DNA of 59,212 nucleotides, counting the filler, from Sluysia triapertura (Eukaryota), in assembly GCA_046118255.1 (NCBI GenBank). It is 4 parts of 4 records of this genome, joined end to end, with 100 filler letters (N's around TTAATTAATTAA, not from the genome) between each part and the next. Parts side by side here need not be neighbours in the genome. Positions count along the whole stretch, not along the records: positions 1 to 15,367 come from JBJNIA010230232.1; 3 more parts are not named here. The stretch is one strand, 5' to 3'. The position numbers and the translations under genes were made by a program. Position 1 is the first letter of the stretch, and each line of letters starts with the position of its first letter. Below the pieces are notes generated by a model that was not told where the DNA came from, searched no databases, and saw nothing but the letters and a program-made list of their open reading frames with translations. Of this stretch, positions 1 to 12,226 are shown in pieces.

Positions 1-2446
1 TTATTATCAATTTCTAATTTTGTTGTGAAATTAGAATTGAAATCAACTCGTTTATATAACAAATTTATTATTATCAACATGCAACACTCAATCAAAATAT
101 ACTCAATTTCTTTTACTTTACTATTTGTCAAACTAACATCGAATTTAATCTTCTAATAATGATTGATATAATTAATTAATTTTATATTACACATCCTTTT
201 CTATCTTTCAATAAACACAACTCACTTTAAAATAACAATTTATCAAATTATATTTCTTCATATAACCATCAACTTAACTTTGATATCATTTTCTCTATTT
301 TAATACCTTTTTTGTTTTTAAAATCATTTTCAATGCGTAATGCTTCAACGCTATATTTTTCATTAAATAAGTTCGTATTGTTAAAGGACGAGAAAGTCTC
401 AGTTTTTAAGGCGAAGGGACCCACATATTTTATAGTTTTAAAGAAAGGATATATAAGTACATTTATTAATTTAATTCAAACTTTTTAAACATCATTTTTA
501 CTCAATAACTTTGTACATGATTTTTGCAAATGATAAAGCAGCATGTATAATGAAATACAATGATAAAATTTATTAGTGTTACGAACGGCGAGCACATCGA
601 TTTAGATAACATAAAATAATTAATTTTAATTAGTTTTATTCTACATGAAGTTAAATTTCTATTTAGCATAATGAGAATACATAGTAAGAGTGTATATCAA
701 ATTAATGATCATTAAGAGATAATTCTAAATATGTTATTGAAATTGACGTGTGGTGTACTGTTGTAACAGAAGTTATTATTAGTAATAAGTTATATATTTT
801 ATCAAATTTATTTTCAGTTTAACTTGATGTATTATTGTATCAATAATTACTGTTACAACCATTATATTCAATTTCGATTTTATTATTCTGAACGGAAAAT
901 TGACGGAAATTAATATTCAATTTTGATTAGTAAAATCGGTCGTTATGTATGTGCACAATAATTCCAGACTTTCTAGCAATTATCTAAACACCAAATAAAG
1001 AACCACATATTTGTTAATAACACAAGTGATACTGCAATAATTTATGATTTTCTTCTTCGATAAAATAGTGACAAACACTGCGATTGAATCTTATATTCCT
1101 ATAGCAAATGGAATAAACTTTGTTTTTGATTAATTTATTCGTGGTTAGTTTATTGTCAATATATTATTATTCGGGTACCATCATTTACATATATCGTATC
1201 ACCCCTTGAAATTGAGTAATATATTAATTTTTATAGTGATTTATTTATATTGTGAGTCCACCAACGTACTGGGCTTACCAGTTAGGGCCAGCCGTTGGAT
1301 TTTGTAAAGAATTACCTAAGTTTTGGCTAAGTTTTCCTTTCCTAACGATTAACCAAAAACGTTCTAAACTGTCAAGATTTTAAAAGAAGATTCTGGAGGT
1401 TTATTACAGGTATTTTACTCGGATCCTATTAAAAGGATCTTCAACATTTTCCTATCAATTTTAAACTAAGTAAGAAAATTAAATTATCGTGAGATTTATT
1501 GTACAATTTTTCAAAATATAAAATTTTGCAAATGTACAAAACGAATTTACAATTATTCAAGATATAAAATAATATAATATACAATATTGTACATGGGAAT
1601 TGATTTATGAATTCCCGAATTTATTAGTATTTTACAAAATATTTTACTTCGGATCTGTGAAAAGATCCAATTAATTATAAATAAATTTAAGTAGATTTTA
1701 CATCTTAGTTAAAATAAACTAACGTTATTAAAGATTTTAAAAATATCAGTTCGATCCACGAGAATATATTTAAAGTCTTCTTGTGTCCACCACGAAAATG
1801 AAAAAATTAAATTGCGGAATTAACTTGAAAAATGTTCGTTATTTATACCCTTGTGGATCGACCTAGATGGATTTTAAACAAAATAACAGATATTTGAAAT
1901 TAACAAAAATTTAAAAATGAATATTTAAAAACTAATTAACAAAATATTAATAAATTCTTAAATAAAATTAATAAATACTAACAATAATTTCAAAGTAAAA
2001 TTAATTTAATATAAAATTCCAAAAATGAGTAATAATAAAATTAATGTACAATCAAAATAAATATATATGTTAAAATTTAAATCAGTTTCAATTATGTCAA
2101 AGTCGACGATCAATAATTAATGTGGTAATTATAGTGTACATTGATGTTGTGTTGTGCATTGACAATATTATTATTTAATTTGTGATAAAGTTTAAACTAT
2201 ATTGAGATTCAGGCTCATCCTTTAACTTTGTCATTAGTGCAAATATAAAAACGCAATAAATATCAGATTCAGAATCGTTCCTCCACCAGGATTCATTTTA
2301 TATGTGTTTCTTGTTTATCAGATTATTCTGTGATACGTAAGTTCTTAAAATTACTTTAAAAAATAATTTATTACGTTATCTCTGTTAATTTAAATCGCAA
2401 GATTTCGATTGTTCTATTAAAAATGTTAAAACATCATTTATTCAAT

Positions 2447-3029
2447 GTAACTCCCTATTTTAAAGTAACTGTAGTTTATAATTTAAATATAGTTTAGCGT
2501 TTAATAAACATGCGAAGAAATTATATTGCATGGACTTTATTTAAAATTCAATATAGGCACCATCATTCTCAAATCGACCAAGAATCGCATCAATTGATTT
2601 CACAAGAAACTCTTGCAGGATGAAAACCATAACTTCACATATTCGCTCTTCAAGTTCTTCCAAATTTCTTGGTTTGATTAAGTAGAGTTGCTCTTTCAAC
2701 CATTCCCAGAGAAAAAAGTCGCATCTTCCAGGAAATTTATCATTCATCCATTCACGAACAAAGGTCAATGATCTTAATGGTTCTCTACCATCTTTGCACT
2801 TGAACAATGAATCTCCAAACTTCTTAACATGCAGCTATTTGGGCACGTTCCTGTGGTGTAAGACGACCAACCATTTTTGTAGGGTTTTGAAATTTCAAAC
2901 AAATTCACAAAACTAAAACAATTTCACAAAACAGATCTAAAAAGAAAATCGAGGGCATATATTAAATTTGTGTAAATTAAGTAAAATATACACATATTAA
3001 ATTGTAGATATTTTAAAATAGGGAGTTAC
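2447..3029 (-). mobile_element. Internally deleted Tc1/mariner-superfamily DNA transposon
   Basis: 18-bp perfect inverted repeat GTAACTCCCTATTTTAAA (2447-2464) / TTTAAAATAGGGAGTTAC (3012-3029). ORF 2541-2807 has FPGR..CDFFLW..LK..LY..PRNLEELEERI, the C-terminal transposase motif. True ends may extend slightly further. Confidence 0.8.
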
Positions 3030-6000
3030 TTTTAAAACTTTTCCAAAAATATCACTTTAATCCAAAATTACTTTACAAAACGATTTTAAGTTAATTTAAT
3101 TAAGTTAATTAATAAATGTACTTTTATCAATTTTATACCTTAAAAAATATTTTAATGTTTTTATAGTTTTTTCAGATATCGTACAAGGATTCAGATCATA
3201 ATTTCACATTCTTGTAAACAAAATTAAAATTCCCTAATGTTTTTAGAGTTTAATCTGAACGTTTATCATGTTAATTGAAAAATATTTTAAAATTTTAAAA
3301 ATAGCTAGCCACATGAGCCACAGTGACACTTTGACAAGTCGATTCTGCTCGTTGGCATTGTTATCTCCCTTAACAATTCCGTGTCACTGAAATATGATTA
3401 ACACATAATCATAAAACTATTAATTTGAATCATTGAGTTCGCCTGTAATCCAAGTCTTAAACATTTAAGAGCGTGTCCAGAGAATTGTTAATTAAAGAAT
3501 GAAGTGTCAAAGTTTATGGAGGTCACTTACTTACTTTAATCAACAAAGTATTAGCATGAGTCTTTTAACAAGAAATTAACTATTAATCCTTTTGTATAAG
3601 TCTGAGACACTTTGGAATGTAATTGTTATGTAGTATATATGATTATAACATTATTGGTTGCATATTTGATACTATGGATTGTGACATTTATGTATTAGTA
3701 AACAATTATTGATTTTATTATCTGGATTAATTGTTATTATTTATTTAATGTAAGTATTTTTCTTAGTATTTTTAGTATAATTAAATATTTAAATATTATA
3801 AATTTTCAAATAAAATTTTAAAGAAGAAATTAAAATTTAAATTAAATATTTAAAAATAAATTTGAAATTTAAAGTAAAAACTTTTATTTTTAAAATAAAT
3901 TTGAATTAATTTGATTGTCCAAAGTCGTTCAAGGACAACAGAAACTACTATAAATTAGCATGGTTTAGACAAAATCACTCACAATTTTTTTGTTTAAAAG
4001 TATTCTTAAATCACTTTTCTCGAGTCAGATTTTTAGAAGTCTTAATCCTTGGAAGATAATTGGAATTTGGACAAACATTTAATTGACATTTTTCCTTAGT
4101 TTATTTTTGATAAGTTTATTGTACTTTTAGAAGTACTTGTGTAAAATATACGTAAATTAATCTTTATAAATTTTTGAAACCATTTCGCGGTTCTTATGTA
4201 AAATCCCTTTCTAAAATAATTATTGTATTTTTATTAACTTCAATTAAGTTAATATTGTAAAATATTATTATTCTGTGACATTATATTAGCTTTGTAAATT
4301 ATTCTCTTTTTTATGTATTTAATGTAATTTTAAAAATTTAACTTTATTGTTATTTTATTAACTTAATATATTTTTATTATCGAATATATATTATTATTTT
4401 TGACATTATATATAGTTGCAAAATCATAACACACATTACGTATATGATTTCTCCGAAGTTTATTCGGATTTGTAAAATCAAATCAATTATAAATCCTTTT
4501 TAATAGGATTAAATAAAGAAGGTTCATCTCTAATAACTCTTGTAGCAAAATAAATTAAATCGTGTAGCTAAAATATAGTGATCAGACCATAATTTAACTT
4601 CCATATTAAATTTTTCATTAAAGCCCAACGGCTAGCCCTAACATGTAAGACTAGATACGTTAGTGGACTTACTATAACATTCTTTTATTCGTAAGATTAA
4701 GTTAAGAAAAAGCATTAGCATAATTTACAAATATATCATAAAACAGGACTTGAAAAAATCAGATTTTAAAACAATCCTTGAAACTATATAACTAAATAAC
4801 TTTCCTTATCTTTTTAATAAGCCTATTTAAAATGGCCTTTGAAAGGGTTGCAGAAATTAATAGTGGTAATGATTAATAATGACAAATTAATCAAACAAGA
4901 ATTAATATAAAATATATAGAGACAAATAATTTATAATAGTCATAAAGGTGATAGATATATATTTTAATAAGTCTTTAATTGGTCTACTCGCTTTTAATTT
5001 TAGCAAGATTTTAGCCACCTATTTAAAATGGTCATATAATAGGTTTTAATTATAATATAAGTATATTTTATAATGATATACTTAATATTAATAATAATAA
5101 TATAATAATCTAGTAATAAAAGGGACTTAAAATGTAATTAAACGATATCAAAGTCCTTTTTAAATTTGAAAATTAAGATTGAAAATTTCTTTTGTAATTG
5201 AAAAATAAAAATTTATCGTTTTTAAAAATCTGTTTTTAACGATGTGTAAATAATGTTGAATATTTGTATCTTCAATGAATAACGTTAAATATTGTACTTG
5301 TTAATGTAAACAATATTAAATATTTAATTGTTACTCATTTTAAACAAATTTAACTTAATCTAATGTATTTTGTAAAAGAAATATAACAAATTTTATAAAA
5401 CATATTAATTATAGAGAAATCATTATCCTAATAAAACACTGATTAATTTATTATTCAAAAAATATTTTTATATATAAATCATTAGTAATTATATTCAGAG
5501 CATCTACGAAAAACATATGTAATTAATTTGCAACAATAAATATTAATTAATTAAGACGAATCTAAAATATATATATAAGACATTTTTTCAAACAATTCTT
5601 ATAACTTGTTATAACTTGGAAAAATTTACTGATCGTCGAAGTCATTAAATTTCACAAAAGAAAAAGATTAGGAGAGTTTAAACTAATTATTCAAAAAATT
5701 CGTCGATTTTTTGAATTGCCGACCTTCACAATTATTTGGACAACACATTTGTTTTTATTTGGAATCCTTGCACTCATCAATACTTTATGAATGAATAAGT
5801 AAACTAATTTCTGTTAGGATAGAGCATTTATAAAATTTTCTTTAAAATCAACTTAAATTCATTTTTCATTTAAAATATCCAAGTATTCGCCTAGATCAAA
5901 ATCATTTCTAAAATCTAATTCTTTATTTTTTAAGTTTATATTATCATATTATAAACTTATTTATCAAATTGATTTATAGTTCTATTTTATATAAATATTT

Positions 6001-6991
6001 TATAAATATCGTACATTTGTTGATAATTTTGCGTTTCAAAATATATTGCTTTGTTATTCAATTTATTTTTGTTAAAAGAATAAAGTGAAAGATTAAAATT
6101 AAAACGAAGAATAACGACGCATACGAATTTAAAATAAATTATAAATTGTATAAATTTTATAAAAAATTATATAATAAATTATATAAATTTAAATATATTA
6201 ACAAACAGACATAAACAGTTAATCTATTATCTAAGTAATTTAAATTTAACGTGTGAACTTGCTAGTTAATTGCAACAAGAAGTTAAGGAATCTTTACGTA
6301 GCTTCAACAACATTTAACATATTGTGAGTGCGTCTTCCTTGAGATATAAAACGTACATCACAAGCGAACCCAGATAATTTTTAATTGTTTCAGTAATAAT
6401 AGTGAATAATCAAGGCCTTTGCTCTTATTTAATATGAATATTATATATTATTATTGTTGATATGTTATTTTATTAAGAGCAATTTTATTATGAATAAATT
6501 ATTATATTATAGTAAATTATTATTATGATTATTATAAATCCCGTTAGATTTTTGTACCTGTATATCCTGACATGATCAAATAGTTCAATACTCAATCCTG
6601 AAAATAAAGAATTTACCAAGGATATATTTTGTATGTTTATATAGTTGAACTTTCTTACATTAAGATATTGTACTGCTTCTTTAATCACATCAAGTTTGCA
6701 ACTCCTACTCAGTCCAAATTCCAATCTTAAAATTCAAAATAAAGTTAGTCTTATCGGAGTTCAAAGTTAAAATAATAATAATAATAATAATAATTGTAAT
6801 AATATTTTATTTTAAAAATTGACTGACACATTGAAATACTTATATTATGAAACATTAGAATTAAATGAAAAGTAAATAAATGATTTATTCAAATAAATAA
6901 TATCAATATTTATATCACTAAAACTATAAAATGATATCGAAATCGTTGTAGTTAAACAATAATAAGATTAACAATAATCCAGAAAGATTAC

Positions 6992-7028
<37 letters not shown>

Positions 7029-8983
7029 AATAGAAAGATTATTATTATTTGAATTTCGGCTGGTGAAATTTGTTTTTTGGTGAAAATTAATCATAAAATG
7101 GATTTTGGTTGTCATTGAAAAAAATGATCCGATTTTATCGTGTTTATATTAAACAGTAAGCTTTATTTGATAGGCTTTTAGCTTTAACGAAGGTTTAAAA
7201 TATGACAAATTTGGTAAAGTATGACATATTTGCATATAGTTTAAATCTAAGTTTAAAATCAAAATTAATACTTGATTCTCATACTTAATATATCAATTTA
7301 TTACATTTATTTTTTTTTAATTCTTTTAATTCTACTTTTAATTTTATTTTGTGTATTTTAAAATTTTGATAATCTAATAGTGCATTAACGATTTTACATT
7401 TGAGTAATAAATTTTAAAGAGCTTTTGTGTTTGTTTTTAGTAAAGAATATTATTCAAAATATTAGTAAAAAATATTATTCAAAATTAGCAATCACTATCT
7501 ATCAATAATAATATAAATGAAATAAATGAAATTAAATTTGAATAGTATTAGAATATTAATAATGTATATTGAAATTATTATTATATTGTAATTCATTATT
7601 AAAATTTGTAATATTTGATCACTAATCAAGGTCAATTAAAATAACTGCATAAAGATAAACACAAATACATTAAAAGAAATTTTTTAATTTGATTTACAAT
7701 CGCAATTTATTACTTCTACGAAGGAGATATCATTCTGTTGGTAGTAGAAAATCGCATTTAGCTTCGACAAATAATTTTATTGCAAAGGATCACTTTTTCT
7801 TTATTTCAACGAAGGAAAAATTTATTGATCTATTAACAGTAGATTACATCTTGGAATTGCAATTTAATCGTTAAATCATTTATTTTTAAGGTAAGCCTAT
7901 TTTATTAGATCGCAAAATCATACTAAAAATCAAATTTTCCTTTTAAGCGCCCATGTTAATTTGGATGTTGTAATTTTCAATTTAAACTTTCGTAATAGAA
8001 GTTATATAATAATCTGGTAACATTTTATTAATTACTTATATATATATATATATAACAAATTTACGACATTCTTATTGTGATTTATTAATATCTTAGGCGT
8101 ACATATATAATTTTAATATATTCTGTCATTATAATTTTTGTTTATTGAAAAGTTTTACAAGGTTCGCCGTTTTTCGTTCGGACGTAAAATCACACTTAAA
8201 ATACTTAAAGATTTGGATCAATAATGATACGGTTTTAAATTTTAAAAAGCACTATTTTTAATAAAGAATCAATTATAAACGAGTCTAAAATAAATACTAA
8301 ACATGATTACTAAAGCATCAATCATAAACTAATTAAACCTCCATTAATTTATAAATTACTTTTGCTGATACGTAGGGACTATACCTTAAAGTAGGGAACT
8401 CACGAATTATATTTCATAATATAAATCACAAAGAAAAATCTTGCAATCCAAATGAATTAAAATTAGACACGAACTACTTGAATAATATAAAGATATATAA
8501 GAAATGATTCGTAACAGTAATTTCTGCATACCCTACGAATATCATATAGGTACGCCTTTCAAGAAGAATATAAACAGTATGTTATAGACGAACATATATC
8601 TGATTTATTTTGTAAGATAAATTTAGTAAATTAAAAGAAAATCTTGCAATAACAATTATAATTTATATATATTACAATAAATAAACTTATTAGATTAATA
8701 TAACTAATATATTTCGACACAATAATTATCAATTAACACAAACAATAAATATTATGACCAACAATACTGGATTAGGGATCAATTAATTATATTATGTCAG
8801 TCGAATACTCTAAAATCACACTAATAACCAAACGTGGCTCAACTAGCATGAATTTTTACAATCTCAAAAAGAAAAATATTGGTTCATAATTTCAATATTA
8901 TAAACTCAAAATTACTTGATTAAATAATTCAAAACTAAATCTTTTTTCTAAAATATCTGGTCAAGGAGCCTTCTACAAATTAA

Positions 8984-9003
8984 ACAACAACAACAACAAC
9001 AAC

Positions 9004-9047
<44 letters not shown>
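8984..9047. repeat. (AAC)n(AAT)n compound microsatellite
   Basis: Directly visible. Similar AAT/ATT/ACT runs occur near 6775, 6995, 12150-12226, 15290-15367, 21370, 38785 and 39050. Confidence 0.95.
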
Positions 9048-9048
<1 letters not shown>

Positions 9049-9971
9049 GATATTATTTGACAATTACATGGTACGGTTTGTCAAATTTTATTAGGTACAA
9101 AACACAAAAAATTGATTATTGATCCTCCATATTACTTCTCACATTAAAATAACCATCGCTAATATTGAACTTTAGCTGTTAGAATTCAATTGATTTTCAG
9201 TTTTCCGTACTCAATTTTCTAATAAAAGATGTTTAATGTTGTCATTCTCAAACAAACTGTAATAAATTTTTTTCTCAAATGTAATAAATTTTTGTTTCTT
9301 TTCTGTCTTTTTAATTCTGTCTTTTCTGTCTTTTACACTTAACTTATCTTTCTCCTTGAGAACTTAGCTTCTATTTATCAATTATCGAAATATTCGAATA
9401 TTGTTTTATACTATTAAAATTCTCACTATATGTTATCAATTCAGATTGCTTATAAAATTCTCGATCGTCTTATACTCTTGATATTATAACTTAATTGGAG
9501 GCGTGAGTTACAATACTCGTCCTAATTATTTAGGATAAAAGTGCTTGATAATTGATATTTTAATAGTCTTATTTCTCTATGTAGTATCACTCTTAATTAA
9601 AAAAATTTAGTCTATTAAAAATTTCATAAATTACCTATTTTAATTTTATAAAAATATTTTATGTTTTGAGTTTAGTTTATGCAAAAAATAAATAAAACAA
9701 AATCAAAATTTTATTTATTGATAATTAGTTAATAATTAATTCGTAAATCGGAAATAAAATAATAAAAGAAAGTTACTCACAGATAATTTGCACAAGTTTG
9801 TTGAGATTAAATTGTTATTATTCAGTTTATAGAAAACTGGTGTGATTCGAATAGCTGATGTATAATTTCAATTGATAAAGAACCACAGTATAATTTGAAG
9901 AAGAATTTTTCTGTACTTGGTCGACGAAAAAACAATTATTATTTTTGTGTAATTAATTCTTTGAAAATTCC

Positions 9972-10660
9972 AATAATTCTGACTTTAATACAAAATTTCC
10001 ACACAATATGTAATTAAAAATGCAAATATAAATTTCTACTATAATATGTAACAAATTAATTATATAGATTAAATATTATAATAATTCTGACTTTTATAAA
10101 TTTCCACACAATATGTAATTAAAAATGTAATTTCTACTATAATATGTAACAAATTAATTATATAGATTAATAATAAATATTAATATTATATATGTAAATA
10201 CAAACATAGTTATACAAATTTTAATTGGGTAATTATCATTAAATAAATTTTGTACACGTTTTGTTAAAAAGTACATAATAACATATAAATTTCTAACAAA
10301 TTAATTATAATGTAAATATAGATTAATAAATTTATACAGTAAAATAATTTTATGTACACGTTTTGTTCTAATAAATATAGATTAATAAATAAATAAATTT
10401 TATACACGTCTTATAATAACATATTTTATTACTCCATTTCCATTCTACGAATTGAGTGCAGTTAAAATTAAAATAAATATTATCTTAATAAATATTACTA
10501 TTATAAAATATATTACTATTATTAAATGAATATTATTATTATTAAATGAATATTACTATAACATTATTATTAAATATATTACTATTATTAAATGAATATT
10601 ATATTATTATTATTAAATGAATATTACTATAACATTATTATTAAATGAATATTACTATGA
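9972..10660. repeat. AT-rich tandem duplication (~105 bp x2, then degenerate copies) followed by a TATTATTAAATGAATATTACTATAACA-type minisatellite
   Basis: AATAATTCTGACTTT...TTTCCACACAATATGTAATT...ACAAATTAATTATATAGATTAA occurs at ~9972 and ~10080. Short units repeat over 10490-10660. Confidence 0.8.
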
Positions 10661-11397
10661 CATAAATCTAAATTTTATCATTATGCAATATTTATATAAT
10701 GATTCTTTTAATGATGATTATAGTTACATGTTATCTTTATTTATTCTCACGTCTCTTTTCTAGTCGCTTTTCGACTTAAATTTGTCTTGAAATTTATTGT
10801 TTTCGTGGTAATATTAGACTTGGAGACTTTCAAATTCTTTTCCTTGATAAGTTTTTTGATTTGTGCCTTATTTAAAAACTAATACTTTTATTTATATTTC
10901 TTTAATCGTCTACAATTATTTAAAATGTTAACTTCATATTTATAAATTACTATAATTCTTTATAGTAATTTCTATAATTCTTTACTAATGGGACTTTAAA
11001 TTCTGATCATTCTTGATGTATATCGAATATGCTACTTTATTTAGTATAAATTCAACTTAAAGAGAGTGAGTTCAATACTGATTTCTGTTCTATTTTAAAT
11101 TTTATAAATTTAAACTTTTATGATCTTATAAATTCTTATGATCTTAATAAGAAAACTTAATGAAGTCGATTTATTAGTAATCAAAACTATAAAATGTAAA
11201 GTTTTACAGATATATAAAAACGAGACTTTTGTAGGTTATTGATTATAAAAAGTGTATATGAAATATTTACAATTTTATAAATATTTAAAACGAACATAAA
11301 ACTTTTTATAATTTTACGAATTTTTAAAATAAACACAACATTTTTAAATAGCATAGGATTATAATAATAAATTATAAATTGTAAGGTTATTAACAAG

Positions 11398-11635
11398 AGA
11401 GTTATATCAAATGATTGTAAAATACCGCAATGCTAAAGTTATCGAATGACTGTAATATTATCACAATATACAATGTTAAAATTATATTGAATGTTTATAA
11501 AATACCACGATAATAAAATTATATCAGATGATTATAAAAGATACCGCAATACACAAGAATGTAGATCACAATAAAATTATATCAAATGATCGCTAAGCAC
11601 ACAATACTCGATACTAAGATTATATTGAATGACTT
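11398..11635. repeat. Degenerate minisatellite, ~36-55 bp period, about 6 units
   Basis: Recurring core A(A/G)TTATAT(C/T)(A/G)AATGA(T/C), often followed by ATACC(G/A)C(A/G)AT. Confidence 0.7.
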
Positions 11636-12150
11636 TGCAAAATTATTATATCATTATAACTCATCAATATAAATAATAAGTTATTTTACTATAAAAGATA
11701 TTTATATAGTATTTTCTCAGTATTGAAGTTATACTAAAAATTATTTAAATATAAATATGAATTTTATCATTTTATACCTACACATAAAATTATTACTTAT
11801 TAAATTTATAATTTTAGCATCATTACTATTATAACTTTCATTAATTCACACTTAGTTATAATTTCTCGTTACTATAACTTATTATTAATTTCTTATTTAT
11901 ATTATAAGATTTTATAATTTATTAAACAACATATAATTTTAAACGACATACTTCAACATTCAAAAAGAAATTTATTTTGTAGCTCACTATTTTAAATTAA
12001 ATTAATTTATTTTAGTATTTAATTTTGAATTAATTTCAACTTTTATTATTCATTAATTTTAATCCAAACATTCGTCGAATACTCCAACATTCATTAGTTT
12101 TATATTTACAATTACAAATACAATTACAATTACAATTACAATTACAATAA

Positions 12151-12226
<76 letters not shown>

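Noticed and set aside
6488-6724. BACK/BTB-like exon (VIKEAVQYL..F..I..LSIELF)
   Set aside because: The resemblance is too weak and there is no supporting exon structure.
6924-7115. Asn/Ile/Leu-rich ORFs (also 34172-34414, 38953-39267, 38967-39149)
   Set aside because: These are translations of AAT/ATT microsatellites.
11398-11635. CRISPR-like array
   Set aside because: Repeats are degenerate, linkers are mutually similar, the context is eukaryotic and there are no cas genes.
1-12100. Mitochondrial insertion (NUMT) to explain the AT-rich hairpin-bearing DNA
   Set aside because: No conserved 12S/16S rRNA or cox/cob/nad motifs were found.
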